Assembly (NCBI GenBank): GCA_002452835.1 | Contig: DKFO01000072.1 | Location: 9,902 to 73,901, forward strand | Origin: Candidatus Atribacteria bacterium UBA6794 | GTDB taxonomy: Bacteria > Atribacterota > Phoenicimicrobiia > Phoenicimicrobiales > Stramentimicrobiaceae | Direction: 5' to 3' | Length of the DNA: 64,000 nucleotides | Shown here: piece after piece, positions 20,735 through 30,642 of the stretch | Layout of the letters: every line of letters begins with the position of its first letter | Numbering within the stretch: position 1 is the first letter of the stretch | Program-made: the position numbers and the translations under genes | The notes under the pieces: generated by a model | Told to the model about the DNA's origin: nothing | What the model saw: the letters and a program-made list of their open reading frames with translations, nothing else | The model's database searches: none

Positions 20735-20799
20735 TGCCTATACCTGTTTATCAAATGTTTGTTTGGTGTTATTATTTTTACTCAACTTGACATGAAACT

Positions 20800-20838
20800 G
20801 GGGATACAAATTATTAGCTATTAAATAATTTATATCCC
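20800..20838. other. Intra-operon stem-loop after the substrate-binding protein gene
   Basis: GGGGATACAAATTATT / AATAATTTATATCCCC inverted repeat. Confidence 0.6.
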
Positions 20839-20889
20839 CACATAATTTATATTTCTCAATAATAAATATTTTATTTTTTGATTATTTCA

Positions 20890-21666
20890 TTATTCAGCCT
20901 GGAAATATTTAGCCTTTAACTCTTCCCATTTTGGGGAATTCATAATACGTGTTAAACCTTCATTAATTAATGCTAATAATTCAGTATCTTCTTTCCTTAC
21001 CGCCACACCATATTCTTCACCAGTTTTAATAGTTCCAATTATCTTAATGGCCATTCCCTTTCGTATCGCATCTTCTACCATAACATCATCCATCATGGCA
21101 GCGTCAATTCTGCCATTCAGAAGATCCTGTACTGCTAAAGAAAAGCCATCATATAATTTTAGTCTTTCTTTGGGAAACAAACCAGGAGTAATTAGATTAT
21201 CTTCAATCCACATATGAGCGGTACATCCTCTCTGGGTTCCCAGTAGATAATCACCCATGAAAACTGCAATAGCATTTAGATTAGAGTCTTGAGTCACACA
21301 GATGGCCTGATCTATAGACCAATAGGGAATAGAAAAATTCACTTTTTCCTTCCTCTCTTCGGTAATACTCATGCCGGAAAAGATCAGGTCAATCTTTTTA
21401 GTCAACAGACTGGTTACAATCCCATCCCAGGCGGTAGGCTGATGGATAACTTCAAAACCCAACTCCTGGGCAATCCAGTTTAAGGCTTCTACATCAAAAC
21501 CAGCAGGATTACCTTTTTCATCAATATAGGCATGTGGAGGGTAATCAGCGTCAATACCATTAACATAAACTTTCTTTTCCTGGGCTATACCTGTTCCAAT
21601 CAAGCACGTTACGAAAATTACCAAACAAAATACAATTGAAATAATCCTTTTATTTTTTATCATCAA
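20890..21666 (-). CDS. Amino acid ABC transporter substrate-binding protein (SBP family 3)
   Basis: Signal peptide; DADYPPH, GFDVE, SGMSITEER, EEYGVAVRK. Confidence 0.93.
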   Translation of the reverse strand: MMIKNKRIISIVFCLVIFVTCLIGTGIAQEKKVYVNGIDADYPPHAYIDEKGNPAGFDVEALNWIAQELGFEVIHQPTAWDGIVTSLLTKKIDLIFSGMSITEERKEKVNFSIPYWSIDQAICVTQDSNLNAIAVFMGDYLLGTQRGCTAHMWIEDNLITPGLFPKERLKLYDGFSLAVQDLLNGRIDAAMMDDVMVEDAIRKGMAIKIIGTIKTGEEYGVAVRKEDTELLALINEGLTRIMNSPKWEELKAKYFQAE

Positions 21667-21688
21667 AATTCCTCCTTTATTTATTTTT

Positions 21689-21988
21689 TTATTTATTTTT
21701 CTTTAACTTTTCTAATACCAGTTGATAACCGTCAGCACCATAATTTAAACATTTTTTTACTCTACTAATAGTTGCTGAGCTGGCCCCAGTCTTTTTGGCA
21801 ATATCCTCATAAATAAAACCTTCCTTCAACATACGGGCAACTTCTAATCGCTGACTTAATTCCTGTATCTCATTAATAGTTGCCACATCCTCAAAAAAGC
21901 GATAGCACTCCTCCCTATTTTCTAAAAGTAAAATTGCTTTAAATAATTGATCGGTCATTTCATTTCGCCAGCGTGGATAGCTATTCAT
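21689..21988 (-). CDS. YerC/YecD family TrpR-related regulator (HisR-like)
   Basis: ECYRFFEDVATINE..SQRLEVARML..TGASSATISRVKKCLNYG. Confidence 0.9.
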   Translation of the reverse strand: MNSYPRWRNEMTDQLFKAILLLENREECYRFFEDVATINEIQELSQRLEVARMLKEGFIYEDIAKKTGASSATISRVKKCLNYGADGYQLVLEKLKKNK

Positions 21989-22016
21989 AATGATTTACCT
22001 CTCAATCTTTATATCT

Positions 22017-22099
22017 AAGATATTCAGGGGACTCCGCCCCCTGAAACCTCTCATCATCACCCTCACCTTACCTCTCCCTTCTAAGGGAGAGGAATGAGG
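22017..22099. repeat. Hairpin repeat (AAGATATTCAGGGG...CCCCTGAAAC) followed by CCCTCACC-type repeat
   Basis: 22057-22092 is identical over 36 nt to 26065-26100; both follow a TTCAGGG hairpin. Confidence 0.88.
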
Positions 22100-22108
22100 A
22101 GCAAATTC

Positions 22109-22220
22109 AGTAATAAGTAAGCAGTAATAAGTAATAGGCAAACTAAATGCCAGATACTAACGACCAACGACTAACAACCAGCGATTAATTTTGACGATAT
22201 ACGTTATACGTAATAATACG
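22109..22220. repeat. Degenerate 7-nt periodic tandem tracts
   Basis: AGTAATA AGTAAGC AGTAATA AGTAATA; ACTAACG ACCAACG ACTAACA ACCAGCG; ACGATAT ACGTTAT ACGTAAT. Confidence 0.75.
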
Positions 22221-22235
22221 GTTACTATTTTGTTT

Positions 22236-22406
22236 GTCATTGCGAGGAGCGAAGCGACGAAGCAATCTCATCCACTTATACCCGTAGTATTAATGAAAAG
22301 TGGTCAGTTATTGGTTCTAAGTTACAAGACCAAAGATACAGGTATAATAGCATGAGCTTGCCACGCCTGCCCCTAAACTAATGTTTAGAGGCAGGCTCGC
22401 AATGAC
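22236..22406. repeat. 171-bp palindromic miniature element with terminal inverted repeats
   Basis: GTCATTGCGAG...CTCGCAATGAC ends; inner GCAATCTCAT/ATGAGCTTGC arms; nested CCTGCCCCTAAAC/GTTTAGAGGCAGG hairpin; partial copy at 61627-61656. Confidence 0.85.
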
Positions 22407-22459
22407 CTTTGGCTTTGGTAGTTTATCTTATATAGTATCGAAATTGCTAAGCAATTATT

Positions 22460-22657
22460 ATATTCAGGGGAGGTATCCCCTGAAACCCCTCAATTATCAG
22501 TATTGAGTATCTAGTATTCAGTATATAGTGTAAATTTTAGTTAAAAATAAAGAAAAATATATTCAGAGAAATACTACCTTGTTTTACAAATAAGATATTC
22601 CAGGGGAAAAATTCCCCTCTTAAAAGGGGTTTCCCGAAGGGATGGGGTGTTCCCCTT
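22460..22657. repeat. Dispersed ~200-bp intergenic element, copy B
   Basis: Aligns end to end with 60013-60212: hairpin, 7-mer tract, AT spacer, branched GC hairpin. Confidence 0.92.
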
Positions 22658-22814
22658 AAGAACCCCGGATTATATAACATAAAACTCAATATAAATTATT
22701 CTCTTTATTATTTTATTTAATATTTTATCTTTGATATCTTTGTTGATATATTTAACTATAGGGCATCGGTATTGTATTGACTCTTTAAATTCAAAATTTA
22801 GACAGCCTTAGATA

Positions 22815-22886
22815 TACTTTATTACATTAAATCATTAATTAATTAATACTGTAGCAGATTATAACATGGCCTTAACAGATTGTCAA
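22815..22886 (-). promoter_or_regulatory. Consensus sigma70 promoter plus candidate HisR/YerC operator
   Basis: Minus strand TTGACA(22886-22881)-17 bp-TATAAT(22863-22858) with extended TG; TACTTTA-N6-TAAATCA at 22815-22834. Confidence 0.7.
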
Positions 22887-22996
22887 CTCACCTGAAACAG
22901 TGGATAAAATTTACTACTTTAATTATTTTGAATTATTGCAAGCATCCTACTTTATCATTGGAAACTAATGAAAAGGTAAATTGAGCGGAATTATTT

Positions 22997-24160
22997 TTAT
23001 GGACTTTGATTTGCTATGAGTCTCTGATAAAGGCTTAGCATCTGGTCGGATACGTTATCAATACTGTAACGTTGCACTGTATGTAAGGCATTTTCCGATA
23101 ATTTTTGTCTTAAATCCTTATTCTGAATAAGGTTCTCCAGCTCTCTGGCAAAATGAGCTATATCATCATCTACTAATATTCCATCAACACCATCAGTAAT
23201 AATGTCAATTGCTCCAGGAGCCTTTACCGCCAGAACCGGAAGTCCAGAAGCTAACGCCTCAATAATTACTATACCAAAGGTTTCGGAAGTGGAGCTAAAG
23301 GCAAATATATCTGAAATCTGATAGTAATACTTAACTTTTTCTCTATCCACTGCACCAACAAATTTTACCTTTTCAGTTAAGTTTAAAGAATCTACCAAAT
23401 TTTTTAACTGTCCTACTGCGTTGCCCTCTCCTACTAATATAAACCGAAAATTATTAATTTTTTTATTTTTGATAATTGCTAAAGCCTTAATTATCTTATC
23501 TATATTCTTTTCTAAAGATACTCTCCCTACATATAGTAGTACTACCTCACCTGGGGTTAAATTAAGTTCTTCTTTTAGCCGGTTACATTGCTCATCATTT
23601 TTTTGGCGGAAAACGGCAATATCAATGGCATTGGGAATAACCACAATTTCTTTTTTAATACTATAATGACTGATTAGGTCTTTCATGGATTGTGAGGGAG
23701 TGGTTATCACATTTACTTTATCAGCTAAGTTAAAAATAATTATTCGGATAGCCTCATTGGTAATAAATTGAGGAATGGGAGACATATAATAGCTATAACG
23801 TTCATATTGAGTATGGATAGTTAATACTTTAGGTATCTTCAGTTTGGCAGCATACATTATAGCCGGCATACTTAACACAAAGGGATGATGGAGATGAATA
23901 ATGTCTGGATTAAAACTGGTTATAACCTGACTGGCCTTAAGAGATAAAGGAATAGCAATGGGGTATTTTACTTTATGGGTTAAATTAATAGATTGGTAGC
24001 GGAATACATTTTTCTCTTCATCCTGATAATTATTTACTTTTGGCGCAAAAATATAAGTTTCATGACCCTTTCTTTCATAAGCCTCTTTTAAGGAGACAAT
24101 ACTACTGACTACCCCATTGATTAAGGGCTTGTAACAATTGGTAAAAAAAGCTATCTTCAT
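22997..24160 (-). CDS. Glycosyltransferase family 4 (diacylglycerol glucosyltransferase-like)
   Basis: YKPLINGVVSSI, HTQYE, YVGRVSLEKNI, SETFGIVIIEALASGLPV. Confidence 0.9.
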   Translation of the reverse strand: MKIAFFTNCYKPLINGVVSSIVSLKEAYERKGHETYIFAPKVNNYQDEEKNVFRYQSINLTHKVKYPIAIPLSLKASQVITSFNPDIIHLHHPFVLSMPAIMYAAKLKIPKVLTIHTQYERYSYYMSPIPQFITNEAIRIIIFNLADKVNVITTPSQSMKDLISHYSIKKEIVVIPNAIDIAVFRQKNDEQCNRLKEELNLTPGEVVLLYVGRVSLEKNIDKIIKALAIIKNKKINNFRFILVGEGNAVGQLKNLVDSLNLTEKVKFVGAVDREKVKYYYQISDIFAFSSTSETFGIVIIEALASGLPVLAVKAPGAIDIITDGVDGILVDDDIAHFARELENLIQNKDLRQKLSENALHTVQRYSIDNVSDQMLSLYQRLIANQSP

Positions 24161-24240
24161 ATATTCTTATTCACCTTGTTCCTTACTAACGAGTTAAAAT
24201 ATAATTCTAAATGTAATTCTAAATATAATTAACTGCCAGT

Positions 24241-25953
24241 TTATTGGCTATTCTTCATTATTTTTTCCCAGCTGTCTCGCAAGGAGACAATCCGATTGAA
24301 TACTAAATGGTCCGCTCGAGAGTCCGTATCCACACAAAAATATCCTTTTCGCATAAACTGAAACTTTTCTCCAGCTACTGCACTTTTTAAACTGGGCTCT
24401 ACCAGACTGTCATTTAATATTTCCACTGATTTTGGATTTAATTGTTTGATGAAATAATGATCATCTTCCTGGTCGGTTTGGTCTTCTTCCTTATTATTAT
24501 CAAGTAATAGATAATCATACAAGCGTATTTCGGCCTTCAAGGCAAATTTAGCAGAAACCCAGTGTAAAGTACTCTTCACTCTTCGTTCTGCTCCCGGTCT
24601 TCCACTTCTGGTCTCCGGAGCATAAATACAATGCACCTCTTTGACCTCACCAGTTATCTCATCACGCACAAAATTAGTACATTTAATTATATAAGCATTC
24701 TTTAGTCTAACCTCACCTCCTGGTGACAATCGAAAATATTTTTTGGGAGGTTGTTCATGAAAATCTTCTCTTTCGATATATAATTCTTTAGTAAAAGGTA
24801 CTTTACGGCTACCAGCTTCGGCATCTTCTGGATTATTTTCACAGTCCATTTCCTCTATTAAATCTGCTGGATAATTATCAATAATTAATTTTAAGGGATT
24901 TAGTACTGCCATTACTCTGGGGGCCTTTTTATTTAAATCTTCTCTGATACAATGCTCTAAAAAACGTATATCTACCACACTGTTAGTCTTGGCTACTCCA
25001 ATACGTTCACAAAAATTCCTGATGGCCTCTGGGGTATAACCTCTTCTCCTTAAACCGGAAATAGTGGGCAGACGAGGATCATCCCAGCCTGAGACATAAC
25101 CCCCCTCTACCAGGAAACGCAGTTTTCGTTTACTCATGACTGTATTACTTAAATTTAAACGGGCAAATTCAATCTGCTGAGGTGGCTCTGGAAAATGTAA
25201 ACTACTAAGAACCCAATCATATAAAGGACGATGATCTTCAAATTCTAAAGTACATACCGAATGAGTAATACCTTCATAATAATCTTCCAGAGGATGGGCA
25301 TAATCATACATAGGATAAATACACCATTTAGCACCAGTTCTGTGATGAGATTTTTTTATTATCCGGTAAAGTACCGGGTCACGCATATTTAAATTGGGAG
25401 AACTCATATCAATCTTAGCCCTGAGCACTCGAGTGCCATCTTCAAATTTACCCTCTCTCATTTGCTGAAATAAGGTCAAGTTTTCTTCAGGAGAGCGATT
25501 GCGATAGGGACTTTCTTTCCCCGGTTCAGTAAAGGACCCCCGATATTCTTTAATCTCCTCTGGGCTTAAATCACAAACATAGGCCTTCCCCTCTTTAATT
25601 AAGGTCAGGGCATCCTGGTACATTCTTTCAAAATAATCAGAGGCGTAATAAAGACGGTCCCCCCAATCAAAACCTAACCACCGCACATCCTGAATAATTG
25701 ATTCTATATATTCTCTATCTTCTTTAGAAGGATTAGTATCATCAAAGCGCAGATTACATAAACCGTTATTTTTTTCTGCCAGACCAAAATTTAAACAAAT
25801 TGATTTGGCATGTCCAATATGTAAATACCCATTAGGCTCTGGCGGAAAACGAAGATGTACTCTACCACCATATTTATTATTTTTGCGGTCCTCATCAATA
25901 ATAGCCTGGATAAAGTTAACTGGTTCTTTATTAATTATTTCCTTGGTAGGCAT
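24241..25953 (-). CDS. glnS: Glutamine--tRNA ligase
   Basis: [16 protein letters not shown] (HIGH), [23 protein letters not shown]. Confidence 0.96.
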   Translation of the reverse strand: MPTKEIINKEPVNFIQAIIDEDRKNNKYGGRVHLRFPPEPNGYLHIGHAKSICLNFGLAEKNNGLCNLRFDDTNPSKEDREYIESIIQDVRWLGFDWGDRLYYASDYFERMYQDALTLIKEGKAYVCDLSPEEIKEYRGSFTEPGKESPYRNRSPEENLTLFQQMREGKFEDGTRVLRAKIDMSSPNLNMRDPVLYRIIKKSHHRTGAKWCIYPMYDYAHPLEDYYEGITHSVCTLEFEDHRPLYDWVLSSLHFPEPPQQIEFARLNLSNTVMSKRKLRFLVEGGYVSGWDDPRLPTISGLRRRGYTPEAIRNFCERIGVAKTNSVVDIRFLEHCIREDLNKKAPRVMAVLNPLKLIIDNYPADLIEEMDCENNPEDAEAGSRKVPFTKELYIEREDFHEQPPKKYFRLSPGGEVRLKNAYIIKCTNFVRDEITGEVKEVHCIYAPETRSGRPGAERRVKSTLHWVSAKFALKAEIRLYDYLLLDNNKEEDQTDQEDDHYFIKQLNPKSVEILNDSLVEPSLKSAVAGEKFQFMRKGYFCVDTDSRADHLVFNRIVSLRDSWEKIMKNSQ

Positions 25954-26008
25954 CTATTTTATTGTCCCTCCTGGTAATTTTCCTTTACTTTTTCGTTCTC
26001 ATTAAAAG

Positions 26009-26110
26009 TATTCAGGGAGGTATCCCCGAACCCTCCTGAAATACAATTCAAGGTAATAATTTACTCACCCTCACCTTACCTCTCCCTTCTAAGGGAGAGG
26101 GTTAGGGTAG
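26009..26110. repeat. TTCAGGG hairpin copy plus CCCTCACC-type repeat
   Basis: TATTCAGGGAGGTATCCCCGAACCCTCCTGAA, then TCACCCTCACCTTACCTCTCCCTTCTAAGGGAGAGG. Confidence 0.85.
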
Positions 26111-26234
26111 CTGTTAGCTGTCCATAGTGACTTTTATATTACAACATTTAGTTCAAAAAATCTATGCTTATCTTTTTAAAAGGAAACTTATTAGAGTATT
26201 TTTGGTAAGTCTATATCTTTTTTACTTCCCTCCT

Positions 26235-26270
26235 CCTCTCCCCTCGAGGGAGAGGGTTAGGGTGAGGGGG
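26235..26270. repeat. Inverted CCCTCACC-type repeat overlapping the pheA stop codon
   Basis: Reverse complement CCCCCTCACCCTAACCCTCTCCCTCGAGGGGAGAGG contains the TAA at 26257-26259. Confidence 0.8.
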
Positions 26271-27192
26271 TCTCTGAGGGATGTTCAATAAAAGTAAATA
26301 GATTGGCCTGAGCTTTATAGGTGCCAATAACTTTAACAAAAGTAGTGCATTTATCTAATGCCTTTAAGGCCTCCTGAGTAGCATTATCTGCTAATCCTTT
26401 TTCAAAATCCATATAAAAGACATATTCCCAGGGCTTTCTTTTACTGGGTCTTGATTCTAATCTGGTCAAATTAATTTCTCTTAAGGCAAATTCCTTTAAA
26501 CACCGATAGATAGCACCTGGCACACTTACTACTGCAAAAATAATAGAGGTTTTATTGCTCATTTCCGGGATTTGAGTTTGGGGAGAAAAAACTAGAAAGC
26601 GGGTAAAATTGGAGGGATTATCTTCGATACCCTTCTCTAAAATCTGCATGCCATAATAATAGGCCGCTCTACTACTGGCAATACCAGCTGCCTTTAAATC
26701 TCCTGATTCCTTGATTTGTTTAATACTACCAGCAGTATCATATACTGGTATAATTTGACATCTGGAGAAATTCCTTAATAAATATTTTTCACATTGCGCC
26801 AGGGCTTGGGGGTGAGAATAAATCCTTTCCACTTTCTCCAGTTTAGTATCAGGATGAGTAATGAGACAATGCTCAATTTTTAATATTACCTCACCTATGG
26901 CAAATAGATTTTCAGTTAATAATAAATCGTGGACATTATTTATTCCTCCCGTTTGTGAATTTTCAATCGGTAAAACAGCATAATCTGCTATACCTCTCTT
27001 GACCATCTCGGCAACCTCTTCAAAACTATTCCCAGATAAAATATCGACAGAAGGTCCAAAATATTGTAAGGCAGCCATCTCACTAAAAGAACCTATCTCT
27101 CCCTGTAGTGCTATTTTTTTTCTATACTCATAATCACTCTCTTCCATTATCGCTAACTCCTTTTCTGTATTTTTATATATGGTTAGATTCAT
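26257..27192 (-). CDS. pheA: Prephenate dehydratase with ACT domain
   Basis: PIENSQTG, SHPQALAQC, NFTRF, INLTRLESRP. Confidence 0.95.
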   Translation of the reverse strand: MNLTIYKNTEKELAIMEESDYEYRKKIALQGEIGSFSEMAALQYFGPSVDILSGNSFEEVAEMVKRGIADYAVLPIENSQTGGINNVHDLLLTENLFAIGEVILKIEHCLITHPDTKLEKVERIYSHPQALAQCEKYLLRNFSRCQIIPVYDTAGSIKQIKESGDLKAAGIASSRAAYYYGMQILEKGIEDNPSNFTRFLVFSPQTQIPEMSNKTSIIFAVVSVPGAIYRCLKEFALREINLTRLESRPSKRKPWEYVFYMDFEKGLADNATQEALKALDKCTTFVKVIGTYKAQANLFTFIEHPSETPSP

Positions 27193-27207
27193 GAGCTAAT
27201 TAACTGA

Positions 27208-28089
27208 TTAACCGGTCATCTTTAGCATCTGTTCTTTAAAATATTTTGCCCTTTCAAAATCTTCTTCTAAGTCAGCTGGATTGTGGGCAATTTTTTCTTT
27301 TATCTTATCTAACCAATCTTCTAATTCCACAATAAAATCTATAGTAAACTTACCATTGGTTTGATAAATATCTTTCCAGATGTTAAAGGGGCTGGTAGCA
27401 ACTCGAGTAATTTCTTGAAAAACATTACCACTTATTTTAAAATATTGATCATTATTATTCTTCTTTACTAATAAGCCCAGCATATTGGACATAATTACGG
27501 CAATCAATTGAGGGAGATGACTTACTAAAGCGACAACACAATCATGTTCGGAGGCATCCATCTTTAGCTCTACTGCACCAATCCGACTTATTAGAGAAGA
27601 CATCTTCTTATGAGCTGAGCTGCTATTTCCTTTTTTGGGAATGACCAGATAAGGTTTCCCCACAAACAAATCAGCGCTGGCATTAGCTATGCCCCCTTTT
27701 TCCAAACCAGCTAAAGGATGGCCACCAATGAAGTCGAATTTGTCCGAAAATATCTGCTCGGCTTCAGCCATAATAGCCATTTTAGTACTACCGGTATCAG
27801 TAAGCAGGCAGTTTGCTGGTAACCACAATTTTAGTTTGGTTAGCAAGCTTATAATTTCTTTAATTGGAGTAGCAAGAATAACAATATCTGCCCCTTTTAC
27901 TCCTTCTTCAATATACTCACTTCCCTGGTCAATTGCCCCAGAATGAAGAGCCTTTGCTAAAAACTCAGCACGATCAACACCAAATACGGTCAGGGAACGG
28001 TCATTTTTTTTCAAAGCCAAACCAATTGATCCCCCAATTAATCCACAACCAATAATAGTGACATTTTTAAAATCACTCTCCTCCTTCAC
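27208..28089 (-). CDS. tyrA: Prephenate dehydrogenase
   Basis: GCGLIGGS, TDTGSTK, GGHPLAG, EHD...SHLPQL, TRVA. Confidence 0.93.
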   Translation of the reverse strand: MKEESDFKNVTIIGCGLIGGSIGLALKKNDRSLTVFGVDRAEFLAKALHSGAIDQGSEYIEEGVKGADIVILATPIKEIISLLTKLKLWLPANCLLTDTGSTKMAIMAEAEQIFSDKFDFIGGHPLAGLEKGGIANASADLFVGKPYLVIPKKGNSSSAHKKMSSLISRIGAVELKMDASEHDCVVALVSHLPQLIAVIMSNMLGLLVKKNNNDQYFKISGNVFQEITRVATSPFNIWKDIYQTNGKFTIDFIVELEDWLDKIKEKIAHNPADLEEDFERAKYFKEQMLKMTG

Positions 28090-28564
28090 AGCAAAACTCC
28101 TTTACTTTTACTTTATAAGTCATTTTTTCCTTATTAATTATATTTTGAAGCCCTTCTATGGCCAGGATATACCCCAGGTAACCAAAACCCACAATTTGAC
28201 CGGTACAGGCTGGAGCAGTAACCGAACTGGCCCGAAACTGCTCCCGGGAAAAAACATTAGAGATATGAACCTCAATAATGGGTAGGGAACAATCTTCCAG
28301 AGCATCCCTGATGGCAAAACTATAATGAGTATAGGCACCAGGATTAATAACTATGCCGTTTACCCTTCTGGAAAAAGACTGGATAGTATCCACAATTTCT
28401 CCCTCATGATTGGTCTGAGTTATTTCCAATTGGATATCCATTTTAAGCGCATACTTTTCCAATCTCTCATTAATTTCTCCCAGGGTAAGAGTACCATAAC
28501 ATTTTTCTTTTCTTTCTCCTAATCGATTTAAATTTGGTCCGTGAATAATTCCGATCTTTAACAT
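28073..28564 (-). CDS. aroQ: Type II 3-dehydroquinate dehydratase
   Basis: HGPNLNRLGERK..YG, QTNHEG, NPGAYTHYS, EVHISN..REQFR. Confidence 0.96.
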   Translation of the reverse strand: MLKIGIIHGPNLNRLGERKEKCYGTLTLGEINERLEKYALKMDIQLEITQTNHEGEIVDTIQSFSRRVNGIVINPGAYTHYSFAIRDALEDCSLPIIEVHISNVFSREQFRASSVTAPACTGQIVGFGYLGYILAIEGLQNIINKEKMTYKVKVKEFCCEGGE

Positions 28565-29694
28565 ATTTTTATTCCTCCTTTCTTTTTTTCTGTAAATATA
28601 GCGTTAAAAACATTTGCTACATCCTCTTTCCATATCGGCTGATATAGACCTACTTTCCCAATCGCCTCTGGCAAAACAAAACGTATACCTCCCTTCTTGT
28701 TCTTCTTATCGAGTAAAATGGTTTTCCAGAGTTTTTCCAGGTCAAATTCTTCCCAATTTAGTCTCGGGTTAAGTTGGAGTCTTTTGATGATATCTTCAAT
28801 CTCGTTCATTTCTTTAGTTGGGCAAATATTCTTGTAATGGGCAATTCGTGTTTCCATGATTATCCCGGCTGCCACTGCCTCTCCATGGGTTATATTTTCA
28901 TAACCACCCATTACTTCTAAAGCATGACCAATACTGTGACCCAGATTTAGATAATATCTCTCTTTCCTCTCCCAGGGGTCCTGAAGCACAATCTCACTTT
29001 TTAGTTTTATTGCTCTATTAACCAAGATATTTAGTGCTCTCCTGTTTTTCTTTAATAAAAGATCAATATTCTGTTTAAGCCATTGGAAGAAAGAAGGAGA
29101 TTGAATAATGGCAATCTTTATTGCTTCTACTAAGCCATTTTTCAAATGCTCAACAGGTAGACTTTCTAAAACAGCAGGGTCAATCAGGATAGCAATAGGT
29201 TGATAAAAACTCCCTATAATATTTTTAGCCCGCCAATGGTCAACCGCTACTTTCCCTCCTATACTGCTGTCAATTTGAGCTAACAGAGTGGTAGGTATAT
29301 GAATTAAAGGAATGCCTCTCATAAAGGTAGCCGCCACAAAACCACCTAAATCACCAATCACTCCTCCACCTAAAGTAATTAGGGTGGTAGATCGATTTAC
29401 CTGCCCTTGTAATAACTTATCAAATATTTTTTTAGCGGTGGAGATATTTTTATAGTTTTCACCATCAGGAACTAAAATAACCTTAACCGCTACCTTATGA
29501 TTTAACAAATCAGCAACTAATCGCTTACCATAAAGTTGCTCTAATAAGGGATTGGTTACTAAAACTACTTCTGCTGTTGGTAACAAAGGGATAAGATGGG
29601 TCTTAATATCGGCTAATATCCCCGGCCCTATAATCATCTGGCATTGATATTTGCGCTCAAATTGCATGCAGATAGTTTGTATTTTATCTTTCAC
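28558..29694 (-). CDS. aroB: 3-dehydroquinate synthase
   Basis: GGGVIGDLGGF, PTTLLAQIDSSIGGK, LNLGHSIGHALE, HGEAV. Confidence 0.96.
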   Translation of the reverse strand: MKDKIQTICMQFERKYQCQMIIGPGILADIKTHLIPLLPTAEVVLVTNPLLEQLYGKRLVADLLNHKVAVKVILVPDGENYKNISTAKKIFDKLLQGQVNRSTTLITLGGGVIGDLGGFVAATFMRGIPLIHIPTTLLAQIDSSIGGKVAVDHWRAKNIIGSFYQPIAILIDPAVLESLPVEHLKNGLVEAIKIAIIQSPSFFQWLKQNIDLLLKKNRRALNILVNRAIKLKSEIVLQDPWERKERYYLNLGHSIGHALEVMGGYENITHGEAVAAGIIMETRIAHYKNICPTKEMNEIEDIIKRLQLNPRLNWEEFDLEKLWKTILLDKKNKKGGIRFVLPEAIGKVGLYQPIWKEDVANVFNAIFTEKKKGGIKIC

Positions 29695-29698
29695 TAAA

Positions 29699-30568
29699 TC
29701 AACCCCTTCCTATTTCCCTTATCTCTTTTATTGTTTGGTTTATTATCTTTTGGTCGGGATAAATATTGGTCCAGAGATAAAAACTCTCCACAGCCTGATA
29801 TATCAACATCTCTTTGCCATTTATTATTCTATTCCCTCTCTTTTCTGCCCACTGCAGCAAAGGAGTTTTATCAGGATAATAAATTAAATCATAGACAATT
29901 AATTGAGGTGGCAATTTAATTTCTTCTGATAATGGATTTTGTCCTGGATAATACCAGCTACCTAAGGGAGTGGCATTTATGAGCAGGTCTGCCTCACTTA
30001 TTTCTCCCTCCAGAGATGGTCCTGACCATGGGAATATTTTTATTTCACATTGAGGAAAAATGTGCTGAAAGTTTCTTTTTAGCTCTACAGCTCGCCATTC
30101 GCTTCTATTAAAGATGGATATCGCTGAACAACGACCTTCTGCCAGAGCATAAACGACAGCCCTGGCGGCACCACCAGCACCTAAAATTAGGGCTTTTTTA
30201 CCATTAAAGTTAATCCCTCCGTTTTTGCTTAAAGGTTTATGAAAACCAATCCAATCTGTGTTATAACCATATAGTTTCCCATTTTTTCGGACAATGGTAT
30301 TGATTGCTCCAATTCTCTCTGCGGCCAGGTCATTATTATCAATAAACTGCATAGCATTTTTTTTAAATGGAATGGTAACATTAAGTCCACAAATTCCCAG
30401 GGTCCTTGCTCCGGTTATAGCCACCGGTAATTCTTCCCTTTTTATCTGAAAAGGAACATAACAATAATTTAAAGAATAATAACGAATAAATTTATGATGA
30501 ATGAAAGGTGAGATACTATTTTCGATATGTTCACCCAATAAACCAATTATGGAAATTTTATCAGCCAT
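29699..30568 (-). CDS. aroE: Shikimate dehydrogenase
   Basis: SISP..H, NVTIPFK, GAINT, NTDWIG, GAGGAARA. Confidence 0.95.
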   Translation of the reverse strand: MADKISIIGLLGEHIENSISPFIHHKFIRYYSLNYCYVPFQIKREELPVAITGARTLGICGLNVTIPFKKNAMQFIDNNDLAAERIGAINTIVRKNGKLYGYNTDWIGFHKPLSKNGGINFNGKKALILGAGGAARAVVYALAEGRCSAISIFNRSEWRAVELKRNFQHIFPQCEIKIFPWSGPSLEGEISEADLLINATPLGSWYYPGQNPLSEEIKLPPQLIVYDLIYYPDKTPLLQWAEKRGNRIINGKEMLIYQAVESFYLWTNIYPDQKIINQTIKEIREIGRG

Positions 30569-30642
30569 TAATTTTTCTCCCTAAACTATCTTTGTTTATA
30601 GCACTAAATAATTTAATAATTTTTAAAAATAAGCTATTCTTT

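Noticed and set aside
22017..22657. CRISPR array
   Set aside because: Repeats belong to different families, with no identical repeat at regular spacer intervals and no cas genes
24197..24230. 12-bp tandem repeat TAATTCTAAAT(G/A) upstream of the glycosyltransferase
   Set aside because: Low-complexity AT-rich sequence; cannot be distinguished from slippage
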